In this document: in pieces, positions 47,172 to 56,121 of the stretch
Position numbering within the stretch: the first letter of the stretch is position 1
How the letters are laid out: each line of letters starts with the position of its first letter
NCBI GenBank assembly: GCA_938002255.1
Contig: CALLAL010000016.1
Span: 75,038-139,037, forward strand
Direction of reading: 5' to 3'
Length of the DNA stretch: 64,000 nucleotides
From: an uncultured bacterium
GTDB lineage: Bacteria > Desulfobacterota > BSN033 > UBA1163
The notes under the pieces: model-generated
Told to the model about the DNA's origin: nothing
Database searches by the model: none
What the model saw: the letters and a program-made list of their open reading frames with translations, nothing else
Position numbers and translations under genes: made by a program

Positions 47172-48798
47172 GTCACCCTACCAGAAAATCACCATGGGAG
47201 AGATGAAGGGCTGGATCAGGGAGGAACTGGTTCATCTCCTTCCTCCCATCTTTTTCAAAGATCCCATAGAATTCGCAAGAGAAGATGGAGGGAAATGCGT
47301 CAGGGAATCGAAATGGCGTTGGGCAGGGTTTTTAGATTTACCAGAAGGGAAAAGGGTTTTCTTAAAGAGGGATCTTACCAAAGACTGGATGGAGTCATTG
47401 AAATATTTGGTTTTTCCGTCGAAAGGGAGAAAAGAATGGTTTATTGCCTATCAATCAGGGAAACGGCATCTCAATGTTCCAACCCCTCTGGGTTGGTTGG
47501 AGCGGAGCCAACAGGGCTTTGTGAAAGAGAGTTATTATCTTGCAGAAGCTATTTCATCCAGGGGATCATTGGCAGAGACAATGGATCTTTTGAGGAATGA
47601 GAAGATTGTAGCAGAATTGGTTCGGATGCTCATCCGTATGCACAATTCGGGGTTATTTCATCAAGACCTTCACGCAGGTAATTTCTTGTGGGATGGAGAA
47701 AGTTTGTATCTCATTGATTTGCACAGGGCGAAGTTCGTCCGTTCTCTCGCGTTGAACCAAAGATTATGGAACCTTGCCCAACTCTTTCACTCCTTAAGGT
47801 TCGCCTGGGATACAAAGGAACATGAAAAGTTTCTCGATCAATATTTTGAAGGGGATCCCATTGATTCGAGAAAAAAGAAACTCTACCTCCAAAAAATCTA
47901 TAGCTGGACGGATCGGCTACAGAAAAAGCAGTGGAGGAGTAGGACCAAACGCTGTTTAAAGGAAAGCACAGAATTTGCGATTCAAAAAGAGGATGGGGGA
48001 ATGTTTTATTACCGGCGGGATTTTCCCTTAGATCATCTGAAAAGAGTTTTAGAGAGGCACCTTGCCTTCGTCCAGCAAACCCCATCCTTGTTGGTCAAGC
48101 AGAGCTCGGCAATCAAGGTTTCCGTTCTTCAGGATGGAAAGGACAGGATTTGTGTCAAGCAATTTTGTTATCCTCACTGGCGGGATCGCATCAGAAATGG
48201 ATTTCGTCGCTCCAAAGGTCTTCAAGCGTGGATCGGAGGCCACGGATTAAAGGTGAGAGGGGTATCCTCCCTCAAGCTGTTTGCCCTGGTGGAGCAGAAA
48301 CGATGGTTTGGGAAGACAGAAAGTGTTTTAATCATGGAAGCTCCTGAGGCTGCAGAGGAAATGGATCGTTTTTTATGTAAAGGGCTCGATGGGGTTGAGG
48401 AGAAAAGAAGCTATATTGAAGCCTTCGCCTTATGGCTTGCTCAACTCCATCAACGAAACATCTACCACCTGGATATGAAAACATGCAATGTCCTCGTTTC
48501 AAAGAGGAACAACGGCTGGAATTTTCAATTGCTTGACCTGGAAGATGTCCGGTTCGATACAAAAGTGAATGAAAGGAGATTGTTTAAGAATCTCCTTCAG
48601 CTCAATACCTCTGTTCCTCGTTTCATCCCCCTGAGAGATCGAACGAGATTTTTAAAGGCCTATTTAAAACATCATCCCATTCTCAGAAAGGAAAAGAGAT
48701 TTCTCTCCCGGCTCATCGAGAAGAGTAGAGAAAGAGGAATTGTCTATGTTTCCCCCTGTGGAGTTGTGGAGGAGAAATTCAATGGAGGGAAAGGATGA
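47164..48798 (+). CDS. Tandem-domain lipopolysaccharide kinase (Kdo/WaaP/RIO-like) family protein
   Basis: Two kinase-like catalytic loops: LFHQDLHAGNFLWDGESLYLIDLHRAKF and IYHLDMKTCNVLVSKRNNGWNFQLLDLEDVRF. Both retain the HxD...N and downstream D motifs. Confidence 0.6.
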   Translation: MAKSPYQKITMGEMKGWIREELVHLLPPIFFKDPIEFAREDGGKCVRESKWRWAGFLDLPEGKRVFLKRDLTKDWMESLKYLVFPSKGRKEWFIAYQSGKRHLNVPTPLGWLERSQQGFVKESYYLAEAISSRGSLAETMDLLRNEKIVAELVRMLIRMHNSGLFHQDLHAGNFLWDGESLYLIDLHRAKFVRSLALNQRLWNLAQLFHSLRFAWDTKEHEKFLDQYFEGDPIDSRKKKLYLQKIYSWTDRLQKKQWRSRTKRCLKESTEFAIQKEDGGMFYYRRDFPLDHLKRVLERHLAFVQQTPSLLVKQSSAIKVSVLQDGKDRICVKQFCYPHWRDRIRNGFRRSKGLQAWIGGHGLKVRGVSSLKLFALVEQKRWFGKTESVLIMEAPEAAEEMDRFLCKGLDGVEEKRSYIEAFALWLAQLHQRNIYHLDMKTCNVLVSKRNNGWNFQLLDLEDVRFDTKVNERRLFKNLLQLNTSVPRFIPLRDRTRFLKAYLKHHPILRKEKRFLSRLIEKSRERGIVYVSPCGVVEEKFNGGKG

Positions 48799-49532
48799 CC
48801 TCTTCCCAACCGTGGTCCTATGGAATGGTTGCGCTTTCAAGGAATGAGATTCACGGGAAAGTGATCGAGTTGGCTGCCCGGCTTCCTCGGGGGAAAGCCC
48901 TGGATGTCCCGACCGGAAGCGGGGTCCTCGGAGATCGCCTCCGTATGATTGGATTTGAGGTCTCATGCTGTGACATCGATTCGTCTTATTTCTCCGCACC
49001 AGACCTCACTCTTGATATCGGAGATCTCAACCAGTCCCTTCCCTATCCGACCGGTTCTTTTGATTTGATTACCTGTGTTGAGGGGATTGAGCATCTGGAA
49101 AACCCTTTTCATGCCATTCGGGAGTTTTCTCGAATTCTCAAACCCGGAGGGAAATTAATCTTGACGCTTCCCAATTATCTCAACCTGGAGAGAAGGTTGA
49201 GATTTCTTGTTACCGGACTTTTTTCTAAAATCCCTTCTCCCAAGAAACTTGGGAAAGACCGGTTTGACCATCTCTACATGCTTCACCTTATCCCTCTGAC
49301 CTACCCGATCCTGAAGGTGATGATGGAGCATTCGGATTTCAAGATTCTTCAGGTCGAGAAAGATAAAGAGAAGAAACGGATGAAATGGCTCCTTCCCCTT
49401 GCATGGATGATTCGAGGGTACTGCTTCTTCTGGTCGAAAGAAAAAAAGGAAGACTACCATTTGAAGGATACGCTTTCAGATTCCCTCATCATGGGCGGCA
49501 ATACCCTTATTGTTGTGAGCCAGAGGGAATGA
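48795..49532 (+). CDS. Class I SAM-dependent methyltransferase (paralog 1)
   Basis: ALDVPTGSGVLG, ITCVEGIEHLENPFHAIREFSRILKPGGKLILTLPN. Confidence 0.65.
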   Translation: MTSSQPWSYGMVALSRNEIHGKVIELAARLPRGKALDVPTGSGVLGDRLRMIGFEVSCCDIDSSYFSAPDLTLDIGDLNQSLPYPTGSFDLITCVEGIEHLENPFHAIREFSRILKPGGKLILTLPNYLNLERRLRFLVTGLFSKIPSPKKLGKDRFDHLYMLHLIPLTYPILKVMMEHSDFKILQVEKDKEKKRMKWLLPLAWMIRGYCFFWSKEKKEDYHLKDTLSDSLIMGGNTLIVVSQRE

Positions 49533-50659
49533 TGCGCATCGGTTACTATATTCGAAATTATGTGTTGAAAGGCCAGGATGGAAAACCAGCCATGTCTGGG
49601 GGAGTCAAGGTGATTTCCCAGCATGTTAAAATGCTTAACCAGGCAGGCATAGAAGCATTGCTATGCACAAGAAAGGTTCAAACGGATATCCCTCTATCCG
49701 AGTTACACATGTACGATCACCCTGTTGTTTTAAGGGAGAATGAGGATTTGCCTGACTGTGATCTGTATGTTGGATCCATTTTTAGTGATGTTAAAATGCT
49801 TTTTCAAAGGGGCAGAGGGAAAATCATTCATCTCTGTCAGGGGTATGAACCCATTGACTTTACCGAAAGGTTCGTTGAAGGGAGGGTCTCCGAGAAATAT
49901 TTAAGAAAGGGTCTCATGTCTTTATGGCAGTGGGCAGACCGATGGAAATTTAGAAAGAGGGTTAGGGAGATTGAGTCGATTTATGCTTTACCGACCGTGA
50001 AAGTGGCGGTATCGAAACATCTCGTCACATTGATTGAACGATATTATCAACAGCCCTGTTTTCTTATTCCTAACGGCATTGATCCGAATATCTTCTTTCC
50101 AAACCAGGATAGAGTTTGGGGTAAAGATGGGAAGATTAGCATTCTATCCGTTGGGCCTCTCCAGGTTGGCTTTAAAGGCATACCGGATACCCTGCAAGCA
50201 ATCAAAATTCTGAGAGAGAAAGGGGTTCCGATCCGATTCATCAGGGTCTCTCCTCATCCACCTTCCCCGACCGAAGAGTTGGGGAAGGTGGTTGATGAAT
50301 ATTATATGAATTTGAAAGAGCAAGAAATGGGGGAATTGTATCGGAATGTGGACATTTTTATTTCTTCCTCTCTCGAAGGAGAAGGGTTTGGTTTACCCGC
50401 GATGGAGGCCCTTGCCTCCGGCGTTCCTTCCATTCTTACAGAAATATCAAGTTATTTAAATTTTGACGAAAAAAAGGATTTTGGTTTTTTCGTTCCAGTT
50501 CACCGGCCAGACCTGATTGCCGAAGGAGTCATTCGGATCATAGAGAGTTCAACATTCAGGGAGGGGATTCGGCAGAGAGGAATGAAGGTTGCCGAGAATT
50601 ACACGATAGATCACACCCGGGAGAAGCTCCTCTCCTTTATCAGGAGCTTCATGCCATGA
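49529..50659 (+). CDS. GT4 family glycosyltransferase
   Basis: Start ATG 49529 overlapping upstream stop. EGEGFGLPAMEALASGVPSI is the GT4 EX7E region. Confidence 0.7.
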   Translation: MMRIGYYIRNYVLKGQDGKPAMSGGVKVISQHVKMLNQAGIEALLCTRKVQTDIPLSELHMYDHPVVLRENEDLPDCDLYVGSIFSDVKMLFQRGRGKIIHLCQGYEPIDFTERFVEGRVSEKYLRKGLMSLWQWADRWKFRKRVREIESIYALPTVKVAVSKHLVTLIERYYQQPCFLIPNGIDPNIFFPNQDRVWGKDGKISILSVGPLQVGFKGIPDTLQAIKILREKGVPIRFIRVSPHPPSPTEELGKVVDEYYMNLKEQEMGELYRNVDIFISSSLEGEGFGLPAMEALASGVPSILTEISSYLNFDEKKDFGFFVPVHRPDLIAEGVIRIIESSTFREGIRQRGMKVAENYTIDHTREKLLSFIRSFMP

Positions 50660-51378
50660 CAGACCTCTTGCGATTTGCGACGGACGACGTTCACTCCAAG
50701 GTGTTGTTAGCTTTGGAACATATGCCGAGAGGTTGGCTTCTCGATGCCCCTGCAGGGCAGGGAGCTCTTTCCCGTCAGCTTGAAGAAATGGGGTTTAAAG
50801 CTTTTTTAGCAGATATCGAGAAGGATAATCTTGTTTATCGAAATGGTCGAAGCCTTCAAATCGATTTAAACCAACCTCTCCCTTTCAAGAACCAATCCTT
50901 TGACTATATTATCTGTGTCGAGGGCATTGAACATTTAGAAAATCCCCATCACTTAATTCATGAATTTTCAAGAATTTTAAAAAAGAATGGTTATCTCCTT
51001 CTTTCTACACCCAATGTCATGACCCTTAAATCACGGTGGAGGTTTCTCTTTTATAGTTATCTTGATTACTTCAGATACTTCGGGCCTGTTCCCGCGAAGG
51101 AGCGACATCAAATTGATGTCTATGACCACCAGCACATCAACCCTCTTTTTTATGGAGAAATCAAATGGATATTGGAGAAAGAAGGATTGAGAATTAAGGA
51201 TCTTAAAACGAATCGATTCGTTCGTACGAAGGGAATCCTGTATCCTCTTCTCAAATGGCTGGTGAAATATAAGACGAAAGAAAAATATCCAGAGGACCCG
51301 GCTTATGTTTCGGATATTTTACTGGAGGGAGAAATTCTAATCTTATTAGCCGAGAAAGTGAAACGTTTTCCAACATGA
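50656..51378 (+). CDS. Class I SAM-dependent methyltransferase (paralog 2)
   Basis: LLDAPAGQGAL, IICVEGIEHLENPHHLIHEFSRILKKNGYLLLSTPN. Clear paralog of 48795..49532. Confidence 0.65.
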   Translation: MTDLLRFATDDVHSKVLLALEHMPRGWLLDAPAGQGALSRQLEEMGFKAFLADIEKDNLVYRNGRSLQIDLNQPLPFKNQSFDYIICVEGIEHLENPHHLIHEFSRILKKNGYLLLSTPNVMTLKSRWRFLFYSYLDYFRYFGPVPAKERHQIDVYDHQHINPLFYGEIKWILEKEGLRIKDLKTNRFVRTKGILYPLLKWLVKYKTKEKYPEDPAYVSDILLEGEILILLAEKVKRFPT

Positions 51379-52355
51379 ACGACGTATCCATTGCCATTGT
51401 CAATTGGAATACAAAAAATTACTTGATTCAATGCCTGAAGTCCCTTGAACAGACCGTGAAGCATTTGAAGATGGAAATTATTGTGGTCGACAATGGATCA
51501 GCAGATGGGAGTGTGGAGTGGATCAGAGAGGAATTTACCAAAGCCATCCTTATTATGAACCCGGTAAATCTTGGATTTGCTAAAGCCAATAATCAGGCGG
51601 TGACGCTATCGAAGGGGAGATATATTCTTCTCCTCAACCCAGACACGGAGGTAAAGGAAGGAGCGATTGAAAACTTGGTGGCTTTTATGGAGGGCCATCA
51701 GGAGGTAGGTGTGGCAGGAGCCCAGCTCCTTCATTCAGATGGTTCCAAACAGAATTCGATTGCCAGTTTTCCATCCCTGGCCACCGAATTGCTGAACAAG
51801 GGTTTCCTTCGCTGGCTTTTCCCAAGCCGGTATCCGGGTAAAGAGAACACCTATTCTGGACCTATTGAGGTTGACTCGGTGATTGGCGCCTGTATGATGG
51901 TCAGGAGAGAGGCCATTGACCAAGTGGGGGGGTTGGACGAAGACTATTTTCTGTTTCTCGAAGAAACGGATTGGTGTTATCGGATGAAGCAAGAGGGCTG
52001 GAAGATTTATCACGTTCCCCAGGCGGAGGTGATCCATTTCCAGGGAAAGAGTGTTGAAAAAGATAAAAAGAGGGCGAAGGTCGAGTACTATCGCTCCCGT
52101 TATCTTTTTTTTAAAAAGCATCGAGGAACCTGGCAAGGGGTGGTTTTGCTTGCCGGGGTATTGATCAAGTTGGGGATGGAGTTGTTTTCCATGGCTCTGG
52201 CTTGTCTCCTAACATGCTTTTCTATAAAAAGTTGGAGAAAGAAATTTTTTACCTATACCTATTTGCTTTGGTGGCATCTTAAAGGATGTCCTGAAGGAAT
52301 GGGGCTCAACCCACAAGCAAAGAGCTTGGAGCATGGGGCCAAGAGGGTTTGTTGA
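51375..52355 (+). CDS. GT2 family glycosyltransferase
   Basis: VSIAIVNWNTKNYLIQCL...VVDNGSADGS, DxD region LEETDWCY. Confidence 0.75.
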   Translation: MNDVSIAIVNWNTKNYLIQCLKSLEQTVKHLKMEIIVVDNGSADGSVEWIREEFTKAILIMNPVNLGFAKANNQAVTLSKGRYILLLNPDTEVKEGAIENLVAFMEGHQEVGVAGAQLLHSDGSKQNSIASFPSLATELLNKGFLRWLFPSRYPGKENTYSGPIEVDSVIGACMMVRREAIDQVGGLDEDYFLFLEETDWCYRMKQEGWKIYHVPQAEVIHFQGKSVEKDKKRAKVEYYRSRYLFFKKHRGTWQGVVLLAGVLIKLGMELFSMALACLLTCFSIKSWRKKFFTYTYLLWWHLKGCPEGMGLNPQAKSLEHGAKRVC

Positions 52356-52422
52356 AAACGAATTTATACTTAACGCGATGCACTTTGCTCTATGGCCTTT
52401 GCTTTTTGCAGGAGGAGGTTAA

Positions 52423-53424
52423 ATGATTGGCATTGCGGTGGTAGGCGCCGGGGCTTGGGGAAAGAATCACATACGGGTATTTTCCGAGATTCCAAAAGTC
52501 CGATTAAAGTATATCTGTGACGCGGATTCTTCTAAATTATTGGCGATTCAGAAATCCTATCCCCAATCGATTCCTGTGGAAGAAATTGGTGCCATCCTCC
52601 AGGACCCCGAAGTGAGTGGTGTGGTGATTGCTTCTTCTGCAGTGACGCATTTCCCTTTGGCCAGAGATGCATTGAGCGCAGGCAAAGATGTTTTGGTAGA
52701 AAAGCCGATGGCCCTCACGGTCACAGATGCCAAAACATTATTAGAGATGGCTGAAGATAGAAAATGTGTTCTGATGGTTGGGCATCTTTTAATTTATCAC
52801 CCAGTGTTTGGACGATTGAAGGAGATGGTGGGGTCAGGCGAGTTGGGAAAAGTTCATTATATCTATACCCAACGTGTTAATCTGGGCATTATCCGTCAGG
52901 ATGAAAATGCCCTCTGGTCTTTTGCTCCCCATGATCTGTCCGTCATCCTGAAACTTTTTGGGGAAACGCCTGTCGTGGTTTCTGCCAACGGAGAGAGCTA
53001 TATTCAAAAAGACATTGAAGATGTGGTTTTCCTTAGCCTTCACTTTGCAGATAGGAAAATGGCCAATATCCATTTGAGTTGGCTTGATCCCCACAAGATC
53101 AGGAAGATCACCATCGTCGGATCAAAGAAAATGGTTGTCTTCGATGATATGGAAACCTCCGAGAAGTTGAAAGTCTATGATAAAGGGGTTAGAAGTCCCT
53201 CTTATGACACCTATGGCGAGTATCTTAGCTTACGGTTTGGAGATATTACGATTCCGAATATCAAGATGGTGGAACCCCTTCGTGCTGAAGCCGAACATTT
53301 TATTCACTGCATCGAAACGAGGGAGAAGCCAAAAACAGATGGAAGGGATGGCCTGGAGGTCGTCAAGATTCTTGTGGCCGCTCAAGAATCTTTAAAACAG
53401 AAGGGGGTTCCCATTAGTCTTTAG
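52423..53424 (+). CDS. Gfo/Idh/MocA family sugar-nucleotide oxidoreductase (WbpB-like)
   Basis: IGIAVVGAGAWGKNHIRVF Rossmann motif. Gfo/Idh/MocA C-terminal domain. Confidence 0.8.
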   Translation: MIGIAVVGAGAWGKNHIRVFSEIPKVRLKYICDADSSKLLAIQKSYPQSIPVEEIGAILQDPEVSGVVIASSAVTHFPLARDALSAGKDVLVEKPMALTVTDAKTLLEMAEDRKCVLMVGHLLIYHPVFGRLKEMVGSGELGKVHYIYTQRVNLGIIRQDENALWSFAPHDLSVILKLFGETPVVVSANGESYIQKDIEDVVFLSLHFADRKMANIHLSWLDPHKIRKITIVGSKKMVVFDDMETSEKLKVYDKGVRSPSYDTYGEYLSLRFGDITIPNIKMVEPLRAEAEHFIHCIETREKPKTDGRDGLEVVKILVAAQESLKQKGVPISL

Positions 53425-53435
53425 GGGAAAGAAAT

Positions 53436-54008
53436 ATGGAGAAAAATTATTTTGTTCATCCTACGGCTGTCATCGATGAGCCTTCTGATATTGGAGAAGG
53501 ATCTCAAATCTGGCACTTCTCCCATGTCATGTCAGGGGCAAAAATTGGGAAGAATTGTATCATTGGCCAGAATGTGTTTGTTGCTTCTGGTGCTCTTCTT
53601 GGAGATAACATTAAAATCCAGAATAATGTATCCATTTTTAAGGGGGTCGTGCTTGAAGACGATGTCTTCTGCGGTCCCTCTATGGTTTTTACCAATGTCT
53701 TTAACCCGCGAAGTTTCATTTCGAGGAAGAAAGAGTTTCGGCAGACCCTCGTCAAAAAGGGGGCAACGATTGGAGCTAATGCAACGATCATTTGTGGGAA
53801 TGTCATAGGAGCCTATGCCTTTATCGGAGCCGGTTCTGTCGTCACTCGAGATGTTCCGGATTATGCCCTCGTTTACGGAAATCCGGGGAAGGTCAAAGGC
53901 TGGGTATGCCAGTGTGCAGTGGAGATCGTTTTTCGATCGGGAAAAACCATCTGCAAAGCCTGTGGGAAACGCTACCAAAAGGATAGAACAGGAGTGACGT
54001 TGATATAA
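53436..54008 (+). CDS. Hexapeptide-repeat N-acetyltransferase (WbpD/PglD-like)
   Basis: LbH repeats throughout (IGKNCIIGQNVFVASGALLGDNIKIQNNVSI...). Adjacent to Gfo/Idh/MocA oxidoreductase and 2-epimerase. Confidence 0.7.
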   Translation: MEKNYFVHPTAVIDEPSDIGEGSQIWHFSHVMSGAKIGKNCIIGQNVFVASGALLGDNIKIQNNVSIFKGVVLEDDVFCGPSMVFTNVFNPRSFISRKKEFRQTLVKKGATIGANATIICGNVIGAYAFIGAGSVVTRDVPDYALVYGNPGKVKGWVCQCAVEIVFRSGKTICKACGKRYQKDRTGVTLI

Positions 54009-54011
54009 GCT

Positions 54012-55124
54012 ATGAAGATTGTGACAGTGGTCGGGGCGAGACCCCAATTTATAAAAGCGGCAGCAATCACTCGGGCTGTTCAAACCAACTACCAACAGAT
54101 TCAAGAAATCTTAGTCCATACGGGCCAACACTACGATTACCTCATGGACCGGATCTTCTTCGAAGAGCTGGAGATTCCTAAACCGAATTATCATCTTGGA
54201 GTTGGATCGGGTTCCCATGGAAAGCAGACGGGGGTTATGCTTGAAAGGATTGAGGCTATCCTTCAGAAGGAGAAGCCCGATAGGGTTCTTGTTTTTGGGG
54301 ATACCAATTCGACCCTGGCGGGGGCCTTGGCGGCCGGAAAGATGCATATTCCGATCGCCCATGTGGAGGCAGGGTTAAGAAGTTATAACCGCAGGATGCC
54401 AGAAGAGATCAACCGTCTCCTCACAGACCATCTTTCAACCTATCTCTTCTGTCCCACGGATCAAGCGGTTCAAAATTTATCCAAAGAGGGAATCCGGAAC
54501 GGAAAAGGAAAGATCGTCAAAAACGTTGGCGATGTCATGTATGATTCTATCCTTTACTATTCTACAATAGCCGAGAAAAAATCAGCGATTTTGGAAGAGT
54601 TAGGTCTCCTGATCCCTGATTCCTCACACCTCACGGATTACTATCTGGCGACTCTCCACCGTGCTGAAAACACCGATGATCCCCAAAAACTGAGATCTAT
54701 CTTAAAAGCACTCAATGTGATTGGAGAGGAAGTGCCTGTGATCCTTCCTCTTCACCCAAGAACGAAAAAGATGATCGACTTTCACCGTCTTTCTGGAGAG
54801 ACTCAACATATTAAAATGATTGATCCGATCTCTTACCTCAATATGCTTGTGCTGGAAAAGAATGCCAGAGCGGTGTTGACAGACTCCGGAGGCGTCCAGA
54901 AAGAGGCTTACTGGTTCAGAGTTCCCTGTATCACTTTGCGGGAGGAGACCGAATGGGTGGAAACCGTTCGATGGGGTTGGAATGTGCTGGCGGGGACAGA
55001 AACCGAAAGGATTATTGAGGGGGTCAATCAAGCAGTGAAAAAACAACATGCATCGAAAACAACCCATCCCTTTGGCAACGGTAAAGCCAGTTGGAAGATT
55101 CTCAATTTATTAACAAAACATTAA
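54012..55124 (+). CDS. wecB: UDP-N-acetylglucosamine 2-epimerase (non-hydrolysing)
   Basis: MKIVTVVGARPQFIKAAAI, HVEAGLRS, and the DSGGVQKEA motif. Confidence 0.85.
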   Translation: MKIVTVVGARPQFIKAAAITRAVQTNYQQIQEILVHTGQHYDYLMDRIFFEELEIPKPNYHLGVGSGSHGKQTGVMLERIEAILQKEKPDRVLVFGDTNSTLAGALAAGKMHIPIAHVEAGLRSYNRRMPEEINRLLTDHLSTYLFCPTDQAVQNLSKEGIRNGKGKIVKNVGDVMYDSILYYSTIAEKKSAILEELGLLIPDSSHLTDYYLATLHRAENTDDPQKLRSILKALNVIGEEVPVILPLHPRTKKMIDFHRLSGETQHIKMIDPISYLNMLVLEKNARAVLTDSGGVQKEAYWFRVPCITLREETEWVETVRWGWNVLAGTETERIIEGVNQAVKKQHASKTTHPFGNGKASWKILNLLTKH

Positions 55125-55178
55125 TGACATTCAATAAGCGATGTAAAGGGAAGTAGAAGGACAAATAGAGGTAGAAAT

Positions 55179-55631
55179 ATGCATCAGAGGTTAAGGGAAG
55201 AGGTCATTAACATGTTGGCAAACTTTTTTTCAGAGCATCATAAAACATACGGGATTGAAATGGTTTTTCTATACGGTTCTTGGGCGGCGGGGGTTCCTAA
55301 AGAGGAGTCAGATGTGGATATTGCCATTGTGTTTAAAAAAGAGTGTCCTACAGAGGAAGAGCTGTTCCAGAGTCTAAATCATTTAACACTCTCCTTAACC
55401 AAAGAGACGGGGTTGGAAGTGAACGCCATCCCAATCCTGCCGGATTTTCCTAAACCGATGCTTTACTACAATGCGATTGTTTCAGGGATACCGATTTTCA
55501 TCAGGGATCTTTTTCGATATGCAGGGATTAAGAATGAAGCCATCCATCAAATGGAAGATTTTAGCATTTTCGGCACAAAATGGCAGCTTCAGTGTGCCCG
55601 AAGGACCCTGGAGGGGTTAAAACATGGCTGA
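55179..55631 (+). CDS. MNT-type nucleotidyltransferase antitoxin
   Basis: Minimal NTase motif FLYGSWAAGVPKEESDVDIAIVF (GS-x(n)-DxD). Confidence 0.7.
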   Translation: MHQRLREEVINMLANFFSEHHKTYGIEMVFLYGSWAAGVPKEESDVDIAIVFKKECPTEEELFQSLNHLTLSLTKETGLEVNAIPILPDFPKPMLYYNAIVSGIPIFIRDLFRYAGIKNEAIHQMEDFSIFGTKWQLQCARRTLEGLKHG

Positions 55632-56055
55632 ATATCGATACGCAAAAGGAAGAATTGCAGAATCGATCCAATTTATAACACAGGAGTTAAAGGAGTTTGA
55701 AGAGGAGTATGCAAACCGAAAGTGGACAGAATATCAAAATGACCGGAAACTCCAAAAATTAACCGATCGAACAGTTGAAAATATCTTAACCGCCCTCATT
55801 GAGGTTTGTGGAACGGTGTTAACCGAAGAGGGAATATCAGCAGATAGCTACAGTGAGATATTAAGAAAATGTGGCAGGTATTTTCATTTCAAAGAGGAAG
55901 AGCAGGATGATTTGGCTAAGCTTGCCCTTCAACGAAACCGGCTTGCCCACCGCTATCTCAATTTTCGCTGGCAAGCCATTAAAATGTTTAATGACCAAAA
56001 AGAGTTGGTCAAAAAACTTCTTGAAATGATTTTAGAAAGAGAGGAAGCGAAATAA
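55624..56055 (+). CDS. HepT (DUF86) toxin of HepT/MNT toxin-antitoxin pair
   Basis: R-x4-HxY motif RNRLAHRY near the C-terminus. Gene overlaps the MNT gene by 8 nt. Confidence 0.7.
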   Translation: MAEYRYAKGRIAESIQFITQELKEFEEEYANRKWTEYQNDRKLQKLTDRTVENILTALIEVCGTVLTEEGISADSYSEILRKCGRYFHFKEEEQDDLAKLALQRNRLAHRYLNFRWQAIKMFNDQKELVKKLLEMILEREEAK

Positions 56056-56121
56056 TAGAATGACCTTTCCCTTAATCCAAAACTCAATCACCTGTTGCAC
56101 ATAAAGAGAGGGCAAAAATAA

